Source: Calditrichaceae bacterium (GTDB lineage: Bacteria; Calditrichota; Calditrichia; Calditrichales; JBFXGD01). Taken from it: 64,000 nt of DNA. The DNA lies in NCBI GenBank assembly GCA_050173015.1, contig JBFXLE010000006.1:147665-211664 (forward strand), read 5' to 3'. Position 1 is the first letter of the stretch, and the number at the start of each line of letters is the position of its first letter. Of this stretch, positions 33,131 through 43,259 are shown piece after piece. The notes beneath the pieces are model-generated. The model was not told the DNA's origin, did no database searches, and saw only the letters and a program-made list of their open reading frames with translations. The translations under genes were made by a program, and so were the position numbers.

Positions 33131-36100
33131 ATGCAGCGAAAAGTAATATTTTTTTTAATCGTTCTTTTAATCAGTACCGGCTGGTCACAACAATATGAAT
33201 ATCATCATCCGGAGCTCAAATGGGAGACCTTTGACACGGATCATTTCACCGTGCATTTTCATCAGGGGACGCGTCAGACCGCATTCATTGTCGCTAAAAT
33301 TGCCGAAGATATATATCCCCATATAACCGGACTTTATAATTATAGGCCGAAAGGGAAAATACACTTCATCATAAAAGATACCGATGATTATTCAAACGGC
33401 GGGGCATTCTTTTTTGACGATAAGGTAGAAATCTGGGCATCTAATCTTGACTATGTCATGCGCGGAACAAAAAACTGGCTTCGCGATGTGGTGACACACG
33501 AATTCACGCATATGATTTCGATTCAAAAGGCAGTGAAGACGAATACATTATTCCCTTATGGATTTTTCCAGGTGTTCGGTTATGAAAATGAGCGGCGCAA
33601 AGATGTGGTGCGCGGATTTCCTAACACAATCGTTTCTTATCCCATAAGCTCAATAAATATACCCGTGTGGTTTGCGGAAGGCGTTGCCCAGTACCAGGCG
33701 GACAGCAGCCGGTATGATTACCGGGATCCTCATCGGGAGATGATTGTACGAGACAGGATACTTAACGATAAATTACTGACGTACAATGAAATGACCGTTT
33801 TCGGGAAAAACAGCCATGGGAATGAGTCTTCTTATAATCTGGGATTTTCGTTTGTAAATTATCTGACGGATCGTTTTGATGAAAAAATTCTGGAAAAAAT
33901 TACCGAAATATCATCGCGCTGGAATTCCTACACGTTTGAGGGAGTGATCAGAAAGGCGACCGGCGTCCAGGTGGAAATTCTGTACTCGGACTGGAAGGAT
34001 TCCCTCCAAACAGTTTATGAACAAAGAACGGAAGAAATCCGCAAGAATCTGGTCAGGGGCCGCGCCATAGAGAAAGAGGGTTTTAGTAATCTTTATCCGG
34101 CATGGTCACCGGACGGTTCAAAAATTGCTTATCTTTCAAATGCGGGTGAAGATTATTTCGGTGAAAATCGTCTTGTACTTTACGACAGGAAAACCGGATC
34201 AAAGAAAAATATTACCGGGTTAGTATCATCTTCTCTTTCATGGTCGCCGGATGGAAAATATCTTGCTTATGCCCGTCAAATCCGCGGTAAAAATGAGTCG
34301 TCATTTTACGATTTATTTCTGTTTGATATACAGGAAAACAAAGAAATTCGTCTCACGAAGGGACTCAGAGGAACCAATCCCGATTTTAGTCATGACGGCA
34401 AACGGATCGTATTTGTAACATCAACGAATGGTCTGAATCAGCTTAATATTTATGATTTGCCCGAATCATTTGACCGGAATGATGAGCAGGTCATCTACGC
34501 GGATATGGAAACCGGTAGAATGGTTCCGGAAAAGACGAACAAGACCGGTTTAAGGGAAATCCGGATGGTGGGCGGTAAGATTCAGCAGGTTTTAGTATTT
34601 GAGGATAACAGGCAGATATATCACCCACGCTGGTCAAACGATGATTCTGAAATTATTTTTGATACAGCAATCGGTTACGGACGTAATTTAGGTGTTTATG
34701 ATCTGAATAAAAAAAGTTTCAATATTTTCATGGATGCGCCGGAGGAAATTCGATACCCGGTATTTAAACCCAATTCGCCATGGTTGTATTATTCGGCAAG
34801 TACCAGCGGAATTTATAACATCTACAGATATAATCCGGAAAGCGGTAAGAAAGAGCAGTTGACGAATGTGACAGGCGGCGCCTTCATGCCGTCGGTAAAC
34901 GCGGAGGGCGATATTGTTTACGCTTGTTACGACAGTCTCGGCTATCACATATATGAAATACAAAACCCGATGCCTGTTCCGTCTGAAAAGGCGGTCTATG
35001 ATAATCATTATTCTGCCATGATTCCCGCGAAAAATTTTGACGATTCAACATATCCTGAATATGAAGTAAAGCCGTATAAAAGAAAATTTTCAGGAATTCA
35101 TATTTTACCGCGTGTGCTTATCGACTATAAAACAATTAAACCCGGATTTTACGTCGTATCTTCAGATGTTCTTCAGAAGACTAATTTTATCGGGGGCGCC
35201 GCTGTTAATTCTGATCTGGATTATGATTTATACGCCTATTTTGAGCTCAAGGAATTATTGTCGTCACTTTTTTTTGAAGTATATAATTCAACCGCAAACA
35301 TCGAAGACACACTGAGCATAAGAAGAGGTGAATCGTCATACCTCAGTTTCAAAAGAAATGTAAATTTTAATCTGACAGAAGCAAGGGTCGGTATAAATGC
35401 CAGACTGATGGGATTGTTGGATTCGAAAGCGGCGTTTGTTTACCGGTATTATAACGCTAATCTTGATCCGGCTTCGGCATATAGCGAAAATGAAGGATGG
35501 GTTTACATTCCGACGATCCGATATAATTATCTGAAAGGCTGGGCTCTCGAGTGGAGCGTTTTTGCCGATATGGTTCATCCCGGCAAAGACGAGGAGATAA
35601 ATCCGTCGGGGGGAAGATATTTTTTTCTGAAACACAGTTATCAGTCAAATGATTTTTTGGAAGGATTTTCAACCGACAGAAGTCTAGGGCTTGAAGAGTA
35701 CAGGAACTACACATTTAATCAGATCGAAATGGATTGGGAGGAGTTCTTTAAAAATCCGTTCCTGGCCGGACACGCTTTTAGTCTGAGGCTGAGAGGGGGG
35801 TATATAGACCGGTCCGTGGATAGTTTTTTTAATCTGTTTGCCGGAGGACTGATTGGTATGAAGGGGTATTCCTACTATAGTCTCGAAGGTAGAAAAAAGC
35901 TAATCGGGACAGCCACATATCGATTCCCGGTTCTAAGCCATATTGATAAACGTATCGGACATCTATATCTTGATAAAGTGTACTTTGGTATGTTCTATGA
36001 TTTTGGAAACGCCTGGAACGAAGATGAAATTAAATTTGAAAAATTTAAGCGCGATGTTGGTTTTCAGTTGAGATTAGACTCATTTTCGTATTATCTTTTC

Positions 36101-36274
36101 CCGACACGGTTTTTTGCGGAGGCGGTGTATCCGCTGGATAAAGTTACTAATAACGATACGCTTTATGACAAAGAATGGCGATTCTATTTTGGGGCATTAT
36201 TTGAATTTGATATACGTGAACGATTCGGCGGTCTGTTCAGAACAAGTAAATCCGGATCTGACCGAAGATTTTAA
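33131..36274 (+). CDS. Gluzincin peptidase + TolB/PD40 beta-propeller + Omp85/BamA-type barrel fusion
   Basis: HEFTH...WFAEG; PAWSPDG/SWSPDG/PDFSHDG repeats; MKGY and FYDFGNAW Omp85 motifs. Confidence 0.8.
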   Translation: MQRKVIFFLIVLLISTGWSQQYEYHHPELKWETFDTDHFTVHFHQGTRQTAFIVAKIAEDIYPHITGLYNYRPKGKIHFIIKDTDDYSNGGAFFFDDKVEIWASNLDYVMRGTKNWLRDVVTHEFTHMISIQKAVKTNTLFPYGFFQVFGYENERRKDVVRGFPNTIVSYPISSINIPVWFAEGVAQYQADSSRYDYRDPHREMIVRDRILNDKLLTYNEMTVFGKNSHGNESSYNLGFSFVNYLTDRFDEKILEKITEISSRWNSYTFEGVIRKATGVQVEILYSDWKDSLQTVYEQRTEEIRKNLVRGRAIEKEGFSNLYPAWSPDGSKIAYLSNAGEDYFGENRLVLYDRKTGSKKNITGLVSSSLSWSPDGKYLAYARQIRGKNESSFYDLFLFDIQENKEIRLTKGLRGTNPDFSHDGKRIVFVTSTNGLNQLNIYDLPESFDRNDEQVIYADMETGRMVPEKTNKTGLREIRMVGGKIQQVLVFEDNRQIYHPRWSNDDSEIIFDTAIGYGRNLGVYDLNKKSFNIFMDAPEEIRYPVFKPNSPWLYYSASTSGIYNIYRYNPESGKKEQLTNVTGGAFMPSVNAEGDIVYACYDSLGYHIYEIQNPMPVPSEKAVYDNHYSAMIPAKNFDDSTYPEYEVKPYKRKFSGIHILPRVLIDYKTIKPGFYVVSSDVLQKTNFIGGAAVNSDLDYDLYAYFELKELLSSLFFEVYNSTANIEDTLSIRRGESSYLSFKRNVNFNLTEARVGINARLMGLLDSKAAFVYRYYNANLDPASAYSENEGWVYIPTIRYNYLKGWALEWSVFADMVHPGKDEEINPSGGRYFFLKHSYQSNDFLEGFSTDRSLGLEEYRNYTFNQIEMDWEEFFKNPFLAGHAFSLRLRGGYIDRSVDSFFNLFAGGLIGMKGYSYYSLEGRKKLIGTATYRFPVLSHIDKRIGHLYLDKVYFGMFYDFGNAWNEDEIKFEKFKRDVGFQLRLDSFSYYLFPTRFFAEAVYPLDKVTNNDTLYDKEWRFYFGALFEFDIRERFGGLFRTSKSGSDRRF

Positions 36275-36296
36275 TTAGATTCCGGAAGGAGAGATA

Positions 36297-37205
36297 ATGC
36301 GTTATCTTCATATCGTTTTAGTCCTCTTGATGTGCGCGTCAGTATTTGGTAAGGCCGATCCCGGTTCTGAACCAGACACATCTCAGATCGCGATTGCCGG
36401 TTCGGCGTCATTGACCCTGAATAGTGACAGGTTCGATCTGCTTGAACAGGTGAAAACAGAAACGCAGGTCGTTGAAAATAAAAATAGAAAATCGGGACTT
36501 AAGGCAGCCATGATGTCGGCAATCATACCGGGCGCCGGTGAATACTACGCGAAATCCTATTGGAAAAGCGCCCTGTTCCTGAGTGTCGAAATCCTTGCCT
36601 GGACCGGGTATTTCATCTATGAACATAAAGGTGATACCGAAGATAAAAAAATGCGGGGTTTCGCGGACAAAAACTGGAGTGAACAGCGTTACTGGTCAAG
36701 GGTTTATGACGAGGCGGTTAAAAGAGATAAATGGACGGGAGATCCGCTTTCTGTAGATGAAAACAGAATTATTTTAAATGATGACTATACGAACGACACC
36801 ATTTCAGAGTTACGTCGTCTTGAAAGAAGCGGTGAGCTTGGTTTCACCCATACACTCCCGGAAACAAAGACACAGCAGTATTATGAGATGATTTACAAGT
36901 ATCTTCTGCAATTTGGCGGGGGATGGGTTGATGTACCTTCAATCGACTATTACAATCAGTCGAATTTTACACAGCCTACGCCGCTCATCAGCCGGTACCG
37001 GGATATTCGGAATACCAGTAATGATTTTTATGATCTGGCTACGACCATGTCAGGGGTGGCCCTGATGAATCATTTGTTAAGCGCGTTGGATGGCGCGTTG
37101 TCAGTGAAGAAGTATAATAAACGTGTCGGATATTCTGTCAGGATTGGCCAACAATATTATGCGGGTGAGAGGATGCGGACTTACGGAGTTTACTTTTCAT
37201 GGTAA
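36297..37205 (+). CDS. DUF5683-like exported/membrane protein (paralogue 1)
   Basis: Signal peptide; KSGLKAAMMSAIIPGAGEYY; QYYEMIYKY; C-terminal W. Confidence 0.7.
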   Translation: MRYLHIVLVLLMCASVFGKADPGSEPDTSQIAIAGSASLTLNSDRFDLLEQVKTETQVVENKNRKSGLKAAMMSAIIPGAGEYYAKSYWKSALFLSVEILAWTGYFIYEHKGDTEDKKMRGFADKNWSEQRYWSRVYDEAVKRDKWTGDPLSVDENRIILNDDYTNDTISELRRLERSGELGFTHTLPETKTQQYYEMIYKYLLQFGGGWVDVPSIDYYNQSNFTQPTPLISRYRDIRNTSNDFYDLATTMSGVALMNHLLSALDGALSVKKYNKRVGYSVRIGQQYYAGERMRTYGVYFSW

Positions 37206-37266
37206 TTGGAAAGACCGTTTTGCCAAAATTGATTCAATTTTACAATCACATATGTCTGGAAATGTA

Positions 37267-38055
37267 ATGATAAAGTTAAAGATCTCGCTATTTTTAGGAA
37301 TATTTGCCATAATACCGGCAATCTTGTCTGCCCAGGAAAATCCGGTCCATATTCCGTTCAATCCTTCCTTATCATATACTCAAAATGATGCTAAAATTTC
37401 CGGTTTTGCGGAAATACCTGTCACAGATCGGCTGGTTCAGGAAAATGATGGGCTATTGAACGCGCCACAGAAAAAATCGGTTGGAAAAGCGCTCCTGCTC
37501 AGCCTTCTGCTTCCCGGAAGCGGTGAATATTATACCGGACATGGTAGTTCAGCCAAATTTTTTCTCGGCGTCGAACTGCTTGCCTGGGGCGGATGGTTAG
37601 CAAATACCCTGCATGTAAACCGGCTTGAAGACGCTTATACGGCTTACGCTTCACAACACGCGGGAGTGAATAAAAACGGCAAGGATGATCAGTATTGGAT
37701 CGATATAGGGAAATATGATAATATCTATGATTTTAATGAACAGAGGCGTCGCGACCGGGACATTGACGCGATTTATACTGAAAATGATCTGAATTACTGG
37801 GAATGGGATTCGAGTGATAACCGCTTAATCTTTGACGGTAAACGCATTCACGCGTCGGAAATAGCCAATCAGGATATTTATTATGTCGCCGCCATCGTTC
37901 TTAACCATATGGTAAGCGGAATCAACGCCATGCGCCTGGCCAGAAAACATAACCGCAATATTGCGGAACAAACTTCATGGAACGTTAAATTCTCCTCACA
38001 TAACTACGCCGGAAATGATCGCTTTATTGGATTTCAAATTTCAGCCCGGTTCTGA
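37267..38055 (+). CDS. DUF5683-like exported/membrane protein (paralogue 2)
   Basis: Signal peptide from ATG 37267; KSVGKALLLSLLLPGSGEYY; QYWIDIGKY; C-terminal F. Confidence 0.7.
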   Translation: MIKLKISLFLGIFAIIPAILSAQENPVHIPFNPSLSYTQNDAKISGFAEIPVTDRLVQENDGLLNAPQKKSVGKALLLSLLLPGSGEYYTGHGSSAKFFLGVELLAWGGWLANTLHVNRLEDAYTAYASQHAGVNKNGKDDQYWIDIGKYDNIYDFNEQRRRDRDIDAIYTENDLNYWEWDSSDNRLIFDGKRIHASEIANQDIYYVAAIVLNHMVSGINAMRLARKHNRNIAEQTSWNVKFSSHNYAGNDRFIGFQISARF

Positions 38056-38060
38056 TTAAA

Positions 38061-38996
38061 ATGAATAAAAAAGTACTCATTACCGGTATAAGCGGCTTTA
38101 TCGGTCAGTATCTATGGCTGACCAGGCCAAACGGTGTTTTATTGTCAGGGACCTGCAGAGCGCCTGATGAATGGGCTCTAAATTTCTTTGGAAAATCCCT
38201 TTTAGATCAACCGAATGTCTTGTCTTATGATCTGCTTAGGGATCCGGTGTCACAATTGGAAAAACAGCATCCTGATATCATTATTCACGCGGCAGCCATG
38301 GCCAACCTTGGCATGTGTGAAAAAGAGCCGGAACTTGCCGCGCGGGTCAATTCCGGGGCCACGGAAAAGTTGGCTGTCTGGAGCGCGGATCGAGGCATCC
38401 GTCTGATATTTTTATCAACGGATATCGTTTTTAAAGGCGACCATCCCCCTTACACGGAAGACAGCCATCCCGATCCTGTCAATATTTACGGTAAAACAAA
38501 ACTTGAGGCTGAAAAAGCGGTAACGACCTTAATGAATGATTTTGCGATTGTCAGGATTGCTCTCGGTCTTGGCAGAGGACTCGGTACAACAACCAACTTT
38601 ATCGACTGGTTTCTCAATCGACTTGATCAGAAAATGGAGATTCCTCTGTTTTATGATGAAATCCGGACGCCGACTGCCGTCCGGTATCTCGCGGATACAA
38701 TCTGGAAAATAGCTTTAGGGGAGGAGACAGGTCTTTTCCACGTTTCAGGCGCGGATTCTCTCAGCCGTCAGGAACTTGGGCTTTCGATATGTAAATCCCT
38801 GGGGAGAGGGCGCGATCTGATAAAGCCGGTATCAATAATGTCCATGGCGGATTACAGACGGCCCGCGGATGTCTCGTTAAAATCGGTCAGATCAGTGGAT
38901 GGAAAAATCCTTTCTGTTCCCGGAATCAGACAAGTGCTAAATGAAACATTGAAAAAGCATAACGGAATGGGTATGCAGGCAGAGGATGTTAAATGA
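38061..38996 (+). CDS. RmlD-like extended SDR oxidoreductase
   Basis: TGISGFIG, STDIVF, YGKTK, DEIRTP. Confidence 0.85.
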   Translation: MNKKVLITGISGFIGQYLWLTRPNGVLLSGTCRAPDEWALNFFGKSLLDQPNVLSYDLLRDPVSQLEKQHPDIIIHAAAMANLGMCEKEPELAARVNSGATEKLAVWSADRGIRLIFLSTDIVFKGDHPPYTEDSHPDPVNIYGKTKLEAEKAVTTLMNDFAIVRIALGLGRGLGTTTNFIDWFLNRLDQKMEIPLFYDEIRTPTAVRYLADTIWKIALGEETGLFHVSGADSLSRQELGLSICKSLGRGRDLIKPVSIMSMADYRRPADVSLKSVRSVDGKILSVPGIRQVLNETLKKHNGMGMQAEDVK

Positions 38997-40324
38997 CCGC
39001 GCGGGAAATTGCATTCAGAGTGTTATTAAATTTCGAAGATAAAAAACCACGCTTAGATGATTTGCTGGATGATGCGTATTCCAAATACAAAATCAGCCGG
39101 CAGGATAGAAAACTGTTAAAGAATATCACATCCGGAGTCGTACGCAATTTAACATATCTGGATTGGATCGCTTCTCAAGTCTATCACGGCCGATACAAAA
39201 AAATGCTCAAAAAAATCAAAATTATATTGAGAATGGCGCTTTATGAGCTCATTTTTGTCGAGCATATTCCGGCGCGCGCGACCATAAATGAATATGTCAA
39301 TCTTGCTAAAAAAACGGCGGGCATGGGTTCCGGAGGTCAGGTTAACGGTATGCTTAGAACCTATGTTCGCGAATCCGGAAATTTGCAGCCGGAAAATTCA
39401 ATAAATGCGCGAGCTGAACTCATCGCGGTAAAATATTCATTTCCCGAATGGCTTGTTAAACGCTGGATAAGTATCTGGGGTGAATCTGAAACAGAAGCGT
39501 TATGTGAAGCCATGAACGCGCTTCCAGTGTTTGATATCCGTATAAACACCGGAAAAATTGCGATTCCCGATTTTATAGATTTATTAACGGAAAATAAAAT
39601 CGCTTTTCAGGTATCAGAGCACTTTGATGATATGTTGAAGGTATCAGATATTCAGGCTGTCCGGAATAATAATTGGTTTGATGAGGGGCTTTGCAGTATC
39701 CAGGACGAAAGCGCCCATATTCCGGTTGAACTGCTTGATCTCCGGTCAGGAGACAGGGTGCTGGATATTTGTGCCGCGCCCGGTGGAAAGTACACCCAGA
39801 TCTTAAAATATCATCCTGATCAAATTCTGGCGGTAGCTGTGGATCAGGATTTTGAACGTTTGAAAATAGTGAAAGAAAATGTTCAAAGGCTGGGATTTAA
39901 GAACCGGCATTTTATCGTGGCTGACGGACGCGCCTTGCCGTTTAAATCCGTATTTAATAAAATATTGCTGGACGCTCCGTGCTCCGGGCTGGGTGTGATC
40001 AATAAGCATCCGGATATTAAATGGAGAAGGGATATGAATCAGATTATGGAGTTTGCAAAATTACAGGAAAGTATCCTCTCTCAAGCCGGTGAATTACTTG
40101 CCATTGGAGGTCATCTGGTTTACAGCACCTGCACAGTTGATCCGATGGAAAATGAGATGGTCATCCAGGATTTCATGGAGCGAAACGCGGAACAATTTGA
40201 ATTATCCGAACCACCGGCAAAATTCAGCGGATGGGTTTCTGATTCCTTAATCCGTACCTTTCCGCACCGAGGTCAGAAAGATGGAAGTTTCTGCGCCCTG
40301 CTTCATAAAAAACCACTTTTTTAG
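38993..40324 (+). CDS. rsmB: 16S rRNA m5C967 methyltransferase
   Basis: NusB-like N-terminus, QDES, DICAAPGGK, DAPCSGLG, YSTCT. Confidence 0.93.
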   Translation: MTAREIAFRVLLNFEDKKPRLDDLLDDAYSKYKISRQDRKLLKNITSGVVRNLTYLDWIASQVYHGRYKKMLKKIKIILRMALYELIFVEHIPARATINEYVNLAKKTAGMGSGGQVNGMLRTYVRESGNLQPENSINARAELIAVKYSFPEWLVKRWISIWGESETEALCEAMNALPVFDIRINTGKIAIPDFIDLLTENKIAFQVSEHFDDMLKVSDIQAVRNNNWFDEGLCSIQDESAHIPVELLDLRSGDRVLDICAAPGGKYTQILKYHPDQILAVAVDQDFERLKIVKENVQRLGFKNRHFIVADGRALPFKSVFNKILLDAPCSGLGVINKHPDIKWRRDMNQIMEFAKLQESILSQAGELLAIGGHLVYSTCTVDPMENEMVIQDFMERNAEQFELSEPPAKFSGWVSDSLIRTFPHRGQKDGSFCALLHKKPLF

Positions 40325-40463
40325 ACTAATCGCTTGATAAGGTGAATTTAATTAAATACATTCAGCGCTCATAAAAAAATGAACTATATTGGCGAATGGA
40401 CTGACTCAGTCACAGACTATTCTTGCCAACTGATTGAATAATCTGGACGGACGGCAAAAAATT

Positions 40464-41780
40464 ATGAAAGTGCTAAAATTTGGCGGCACCTCCGTAGGGA
40501 CTCCGGAAAAAATTAAATCTTTAGTCAGGCTTATCGATTATCCTGAAACCAAAATTGTTGTTCTGTCGGCAATGTCCGGTACTACAGATGCATTGGCCGA
40601 AATAACCCGCCTGTTATACGATAAAAATTCAGATGCGGCAAACACAAAAATTAACGAACTCGAAGAAAAGTATATACATACGGTCGATGAACTGTTTGAT
40701 TCTGAAAGTTACAAAAAACAGGGCAACGAAATGGTTGAATCACATTTCTCCTACATCCGAAATTTTACCGTAAAGGTATTTACAAAATTGCAGGAAAAAG
40801 CCATCCTTGCCCAGGGAGAATTAATTTCGACCGCGTTACTTCATTTCTATCTGCAGGAGAATGAAAAAGATTCAGTCCTTATCCCTGCATTGAACTTTAT
40901 GAGAATCGATAAAGACAACGAGCCGGATTATTTTTATATTCGTGAAAATCTGGAACGCGAACTAAAACCGCGTAAAAATACATCCATTATCATTACCCAG
41001 GGATATATCTGCCGGAACGCCTATGGTGAAGTGGACAATTTAAAACGTGGCGGCAGCGATTATACCGCCTCGTTAATCGGAGCGGCTCTGGATGCGTCCG
41101 AGATTCAAATATGGACGGATATCAATGGATTTCACAATAATGATCCAAGGTTTGTAAAGAACACATCTGTGTTAAGAGAACTGTCATTTGATGAAGCGGC
41201 GGAGCTGGCATATTTCGGAGCAAAAATTCTTCACCCCACAAGTGTTCTCCCGTGTAAGGAAAAAAATATTCCTGTTCGTCTGAAAAATACGATGCTTCCT
41301 GAAGATCCCGGGACCTTGATTACCGGTAAATATACCCACGATGAAATTAAAGCGGTGGCCGCAAAGGATGGGATTACGGTAGTTAAGATAAAATCAGACC
41401 GAATGCTGCTTGCCTACGGATTTTTAAGAAAAATCTTTGAAATTTTTGAGATATATAAAACTCCGATCGATATGATTACCACATCCGAGGTTGCTGTTTC
41501 GCTGACCATTGATGATACAACCAACCTGAATGAAATTGAGGCCGAACTGAATAAATTCGGGCAGGTGGAAATTGAGCGGGATAAAGCCATCATTTGCGTG
41601 ATCGGGGATTTTATCGCCGAAAAAAGCGGCTCCGCGTTAAAAATTATGGAGGCATTAAAAGATATACCGCTGCGAATGATTTCATACGGGGGAAGCAGGC
41701 ACAATATCTCTGTACTGGTGAACGCGGAAGCAAAAGTACCGGCCTTGAATGCTCTCAGCGGTCACCTGTTTAAAAAATAA
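40464..41780 (+). CDS. lysC: Aspartate kinase
   Basis: MKVLKFGGTSVG, RGGSDYTA, ELAYFGAKILHP, ACT domains. Confidence 0.95.
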   Translation: MKVLKFGGTSVGTPEKIKSLVRLIDYPETKIVVLSAMSGTTDALAEITRLLYDKNSDAANTKINELEEKYIHTVDELFDSESYKKQGNEMVESHFSYIRNFTVKVFTKLQEKAILAQGELISTALLHFYLQENEKDSVLIPALNFMRIDKDNEPDYFYIRENLERELKPRKNTSIIITQGYICRNAYGEVDNLKRGGSDYTASLIGAALDASEIQIWTDINGFHNNDPRFVKNTSVLRELSFDEAAELAYFGAKILHPTSVLPCKEKNIPVRLKNTMLPEDPGTLITGKYTHDEIKAVAAKDGITVVKIKSDRMLLAYGFLRKIFEIFEIYKTPIDMITTSEVAVSLTIDDTTNLNEIEAELNKFGQVEIERDKAIICVIGDFIAEKSGSALKIMEALKDIPLRMISYGGSRHNISVLVNAEAKVPALNALSGHLFKK

Positions 41781-41818
41781 TATTGACTAAAACCAAAAAT
41801 TAAATGTATTAATCTCCC

Positions 41819-42973
41819 ATGTTTAAAAAAAATACGATCAATAGATTTAGGAATCTGCCGACACCCTTTTACTACTACGATTTAGAGCTCCTGAATCGGA
41901 CATTGGATACTGTAAACAGAGAGGCGGAACGCTTTCAGTATATTGTGCATTACGCGTTGAAGGCCAATGCAAATGAACGGATATTAAAGATTATCCGTGA
42001 GGCGGGGCTTGGCGCGGATTGTGTGAGCGGGAACGAAATCAAAAGGGCTCTTGAAGTGGGTTTTGATCCCGGCCAAATCGTATTCGCGGGTGTGGGTAAA
42101 GCAGATTGGGAGATTAATCTGGCTCTTGATCATGATATTTTTTGTTTTAACTGCGAGTCGGTCCCCGAGTTGCAGGTTATTAATGAACTTGCCCGGGGGA
42201 AGAATAAAATCGCCCGCGTGGCTTTGAGAATTAATCCGAATGTGGATGCCTCAACCCATCATTACATTACAACCGGCATAGAAGAAAACAAATTCGGAAT
42301 CAACCGCTGGGAGTTGGATGAGATCATTGAGATATTGCCCGGTATGAAAAATATCAATCTGATAGGACTGCATTTTCATATCGGTTCGCAGATCACCGAT
42401 TTGGCGGTGTTTAAGGGTTTGTGTATCAGAGTGAATGAAATTCAGCAATGGTTTGCGGATCATATGATAATCCCTGAACATATAAATGTCGGCGGCGGAC
42501 TTGGTGTGGATTACAAAAATCCGGATCAGAACAGCGTCCCTGATATTGAAAATTATTTTCGGATTTTCTCTGAACTTCTTGAGTTAAGGCCGGAACAGAA
42601 GGTCCATTTTGAACTGGGAAGATCAGTGGTGGCGCAATGCGGAAGTCTTGTGACCAAAGTGATGTACGTAAAAAACGGGGTGAAAACAAAATTTGCCATT
42701 GTGGATGCCGGAATGACTGATTTGATACGGCCGGCTCTGTACCAGGCCTATCATAAGATACAAAATCTAACTTCGTCCCGGGGGAATGATCATTATAATG
42801 TTGTAGGACCTATTTGTGAGTCATCAGACAGCTTTGGGAAATATATAGAATTACCGGAAACTACGCGCAATGATCTTTTGGCGATCCGGTCTGCCGGCGC
42901 TTATGGAGAGATAATGGCTTCCCGTTATAATTTAAGGGATTTGCCGGCGGCGAGATATTCAGATGAATTTTGA
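41819..42973 (+). CDS. lysA: Diaminopimelate decarboxylase
   Basis: YALKAN, HFHIGSQ, GGGLG, GPICES, GAYG. Confidence 0.95.
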   Translation: MFKKNTINRFRNLPTPFYYYDLELLNRTLDTVNREAERFQYIVHYALKANANERILKIIREAGLGADCVSGNEIKRALEVGFDPGQIVFAGVGKADWEINLALDHDIFCFNCESVPELQVINELARGKNKIARVALRINPNVDASTHHYITTGIEENKFGINRWELDEIIEILPGMKNINLIGLHFHIGSQITDLAVFKGLCIRVNEIQQWFADHMIIPEHINVGGGLGVDYKNPDQNSVPDIENYFRIFSELLELRPEQKVHFELGRSVVAQCGSLVTKVMYVKNGVKTKFAIVDAGMTDLIRPALYQAYHKIQNLTSSRGNDHYNVVGPICESSDSFGKYIELPETTRNDLLAIRSAGAYGEIMASRYNLRDLPAARYSDEF

Positions 42974-43190
42974 TAAGATGCTTGACTTTGTTTAGGAATT
43001 GTCTGTAATATTTATCAAGGATATTATCGTAATATTATAAATATACCGACAATACTAATATTGTCATTTTCTATTATTGCTCAGTGGGAAAATAAATTAC
43101 CGCGTTTCTTAATAGACAATAAATAGATATCTATGGCTAAAAATGGAAGAAGTCTTAATTTATAAAATTAAAACCGTCCGGAATAATGAC

Positions 43191-43219
43191 TTGAAAAGAT
43201 AAGAATATTTACTTATATT
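43191..43219 (+). promoter_or_regulatory. Putative sigma70 promoter of the ffh operon
   Basis: TTGAAA-N17-TATATT. Confidence 0.5.
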
Positions 43220-43259
43220 CTGCGGTCATAGTCGGATTTTAACGATACTGGTTCTTAAT

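Noticed and set aside
40325-40463. Lysine riboswitch upstream of lysC
   Set aside because: The leader is too short and lacks the conserved AGAGG core and terminator.
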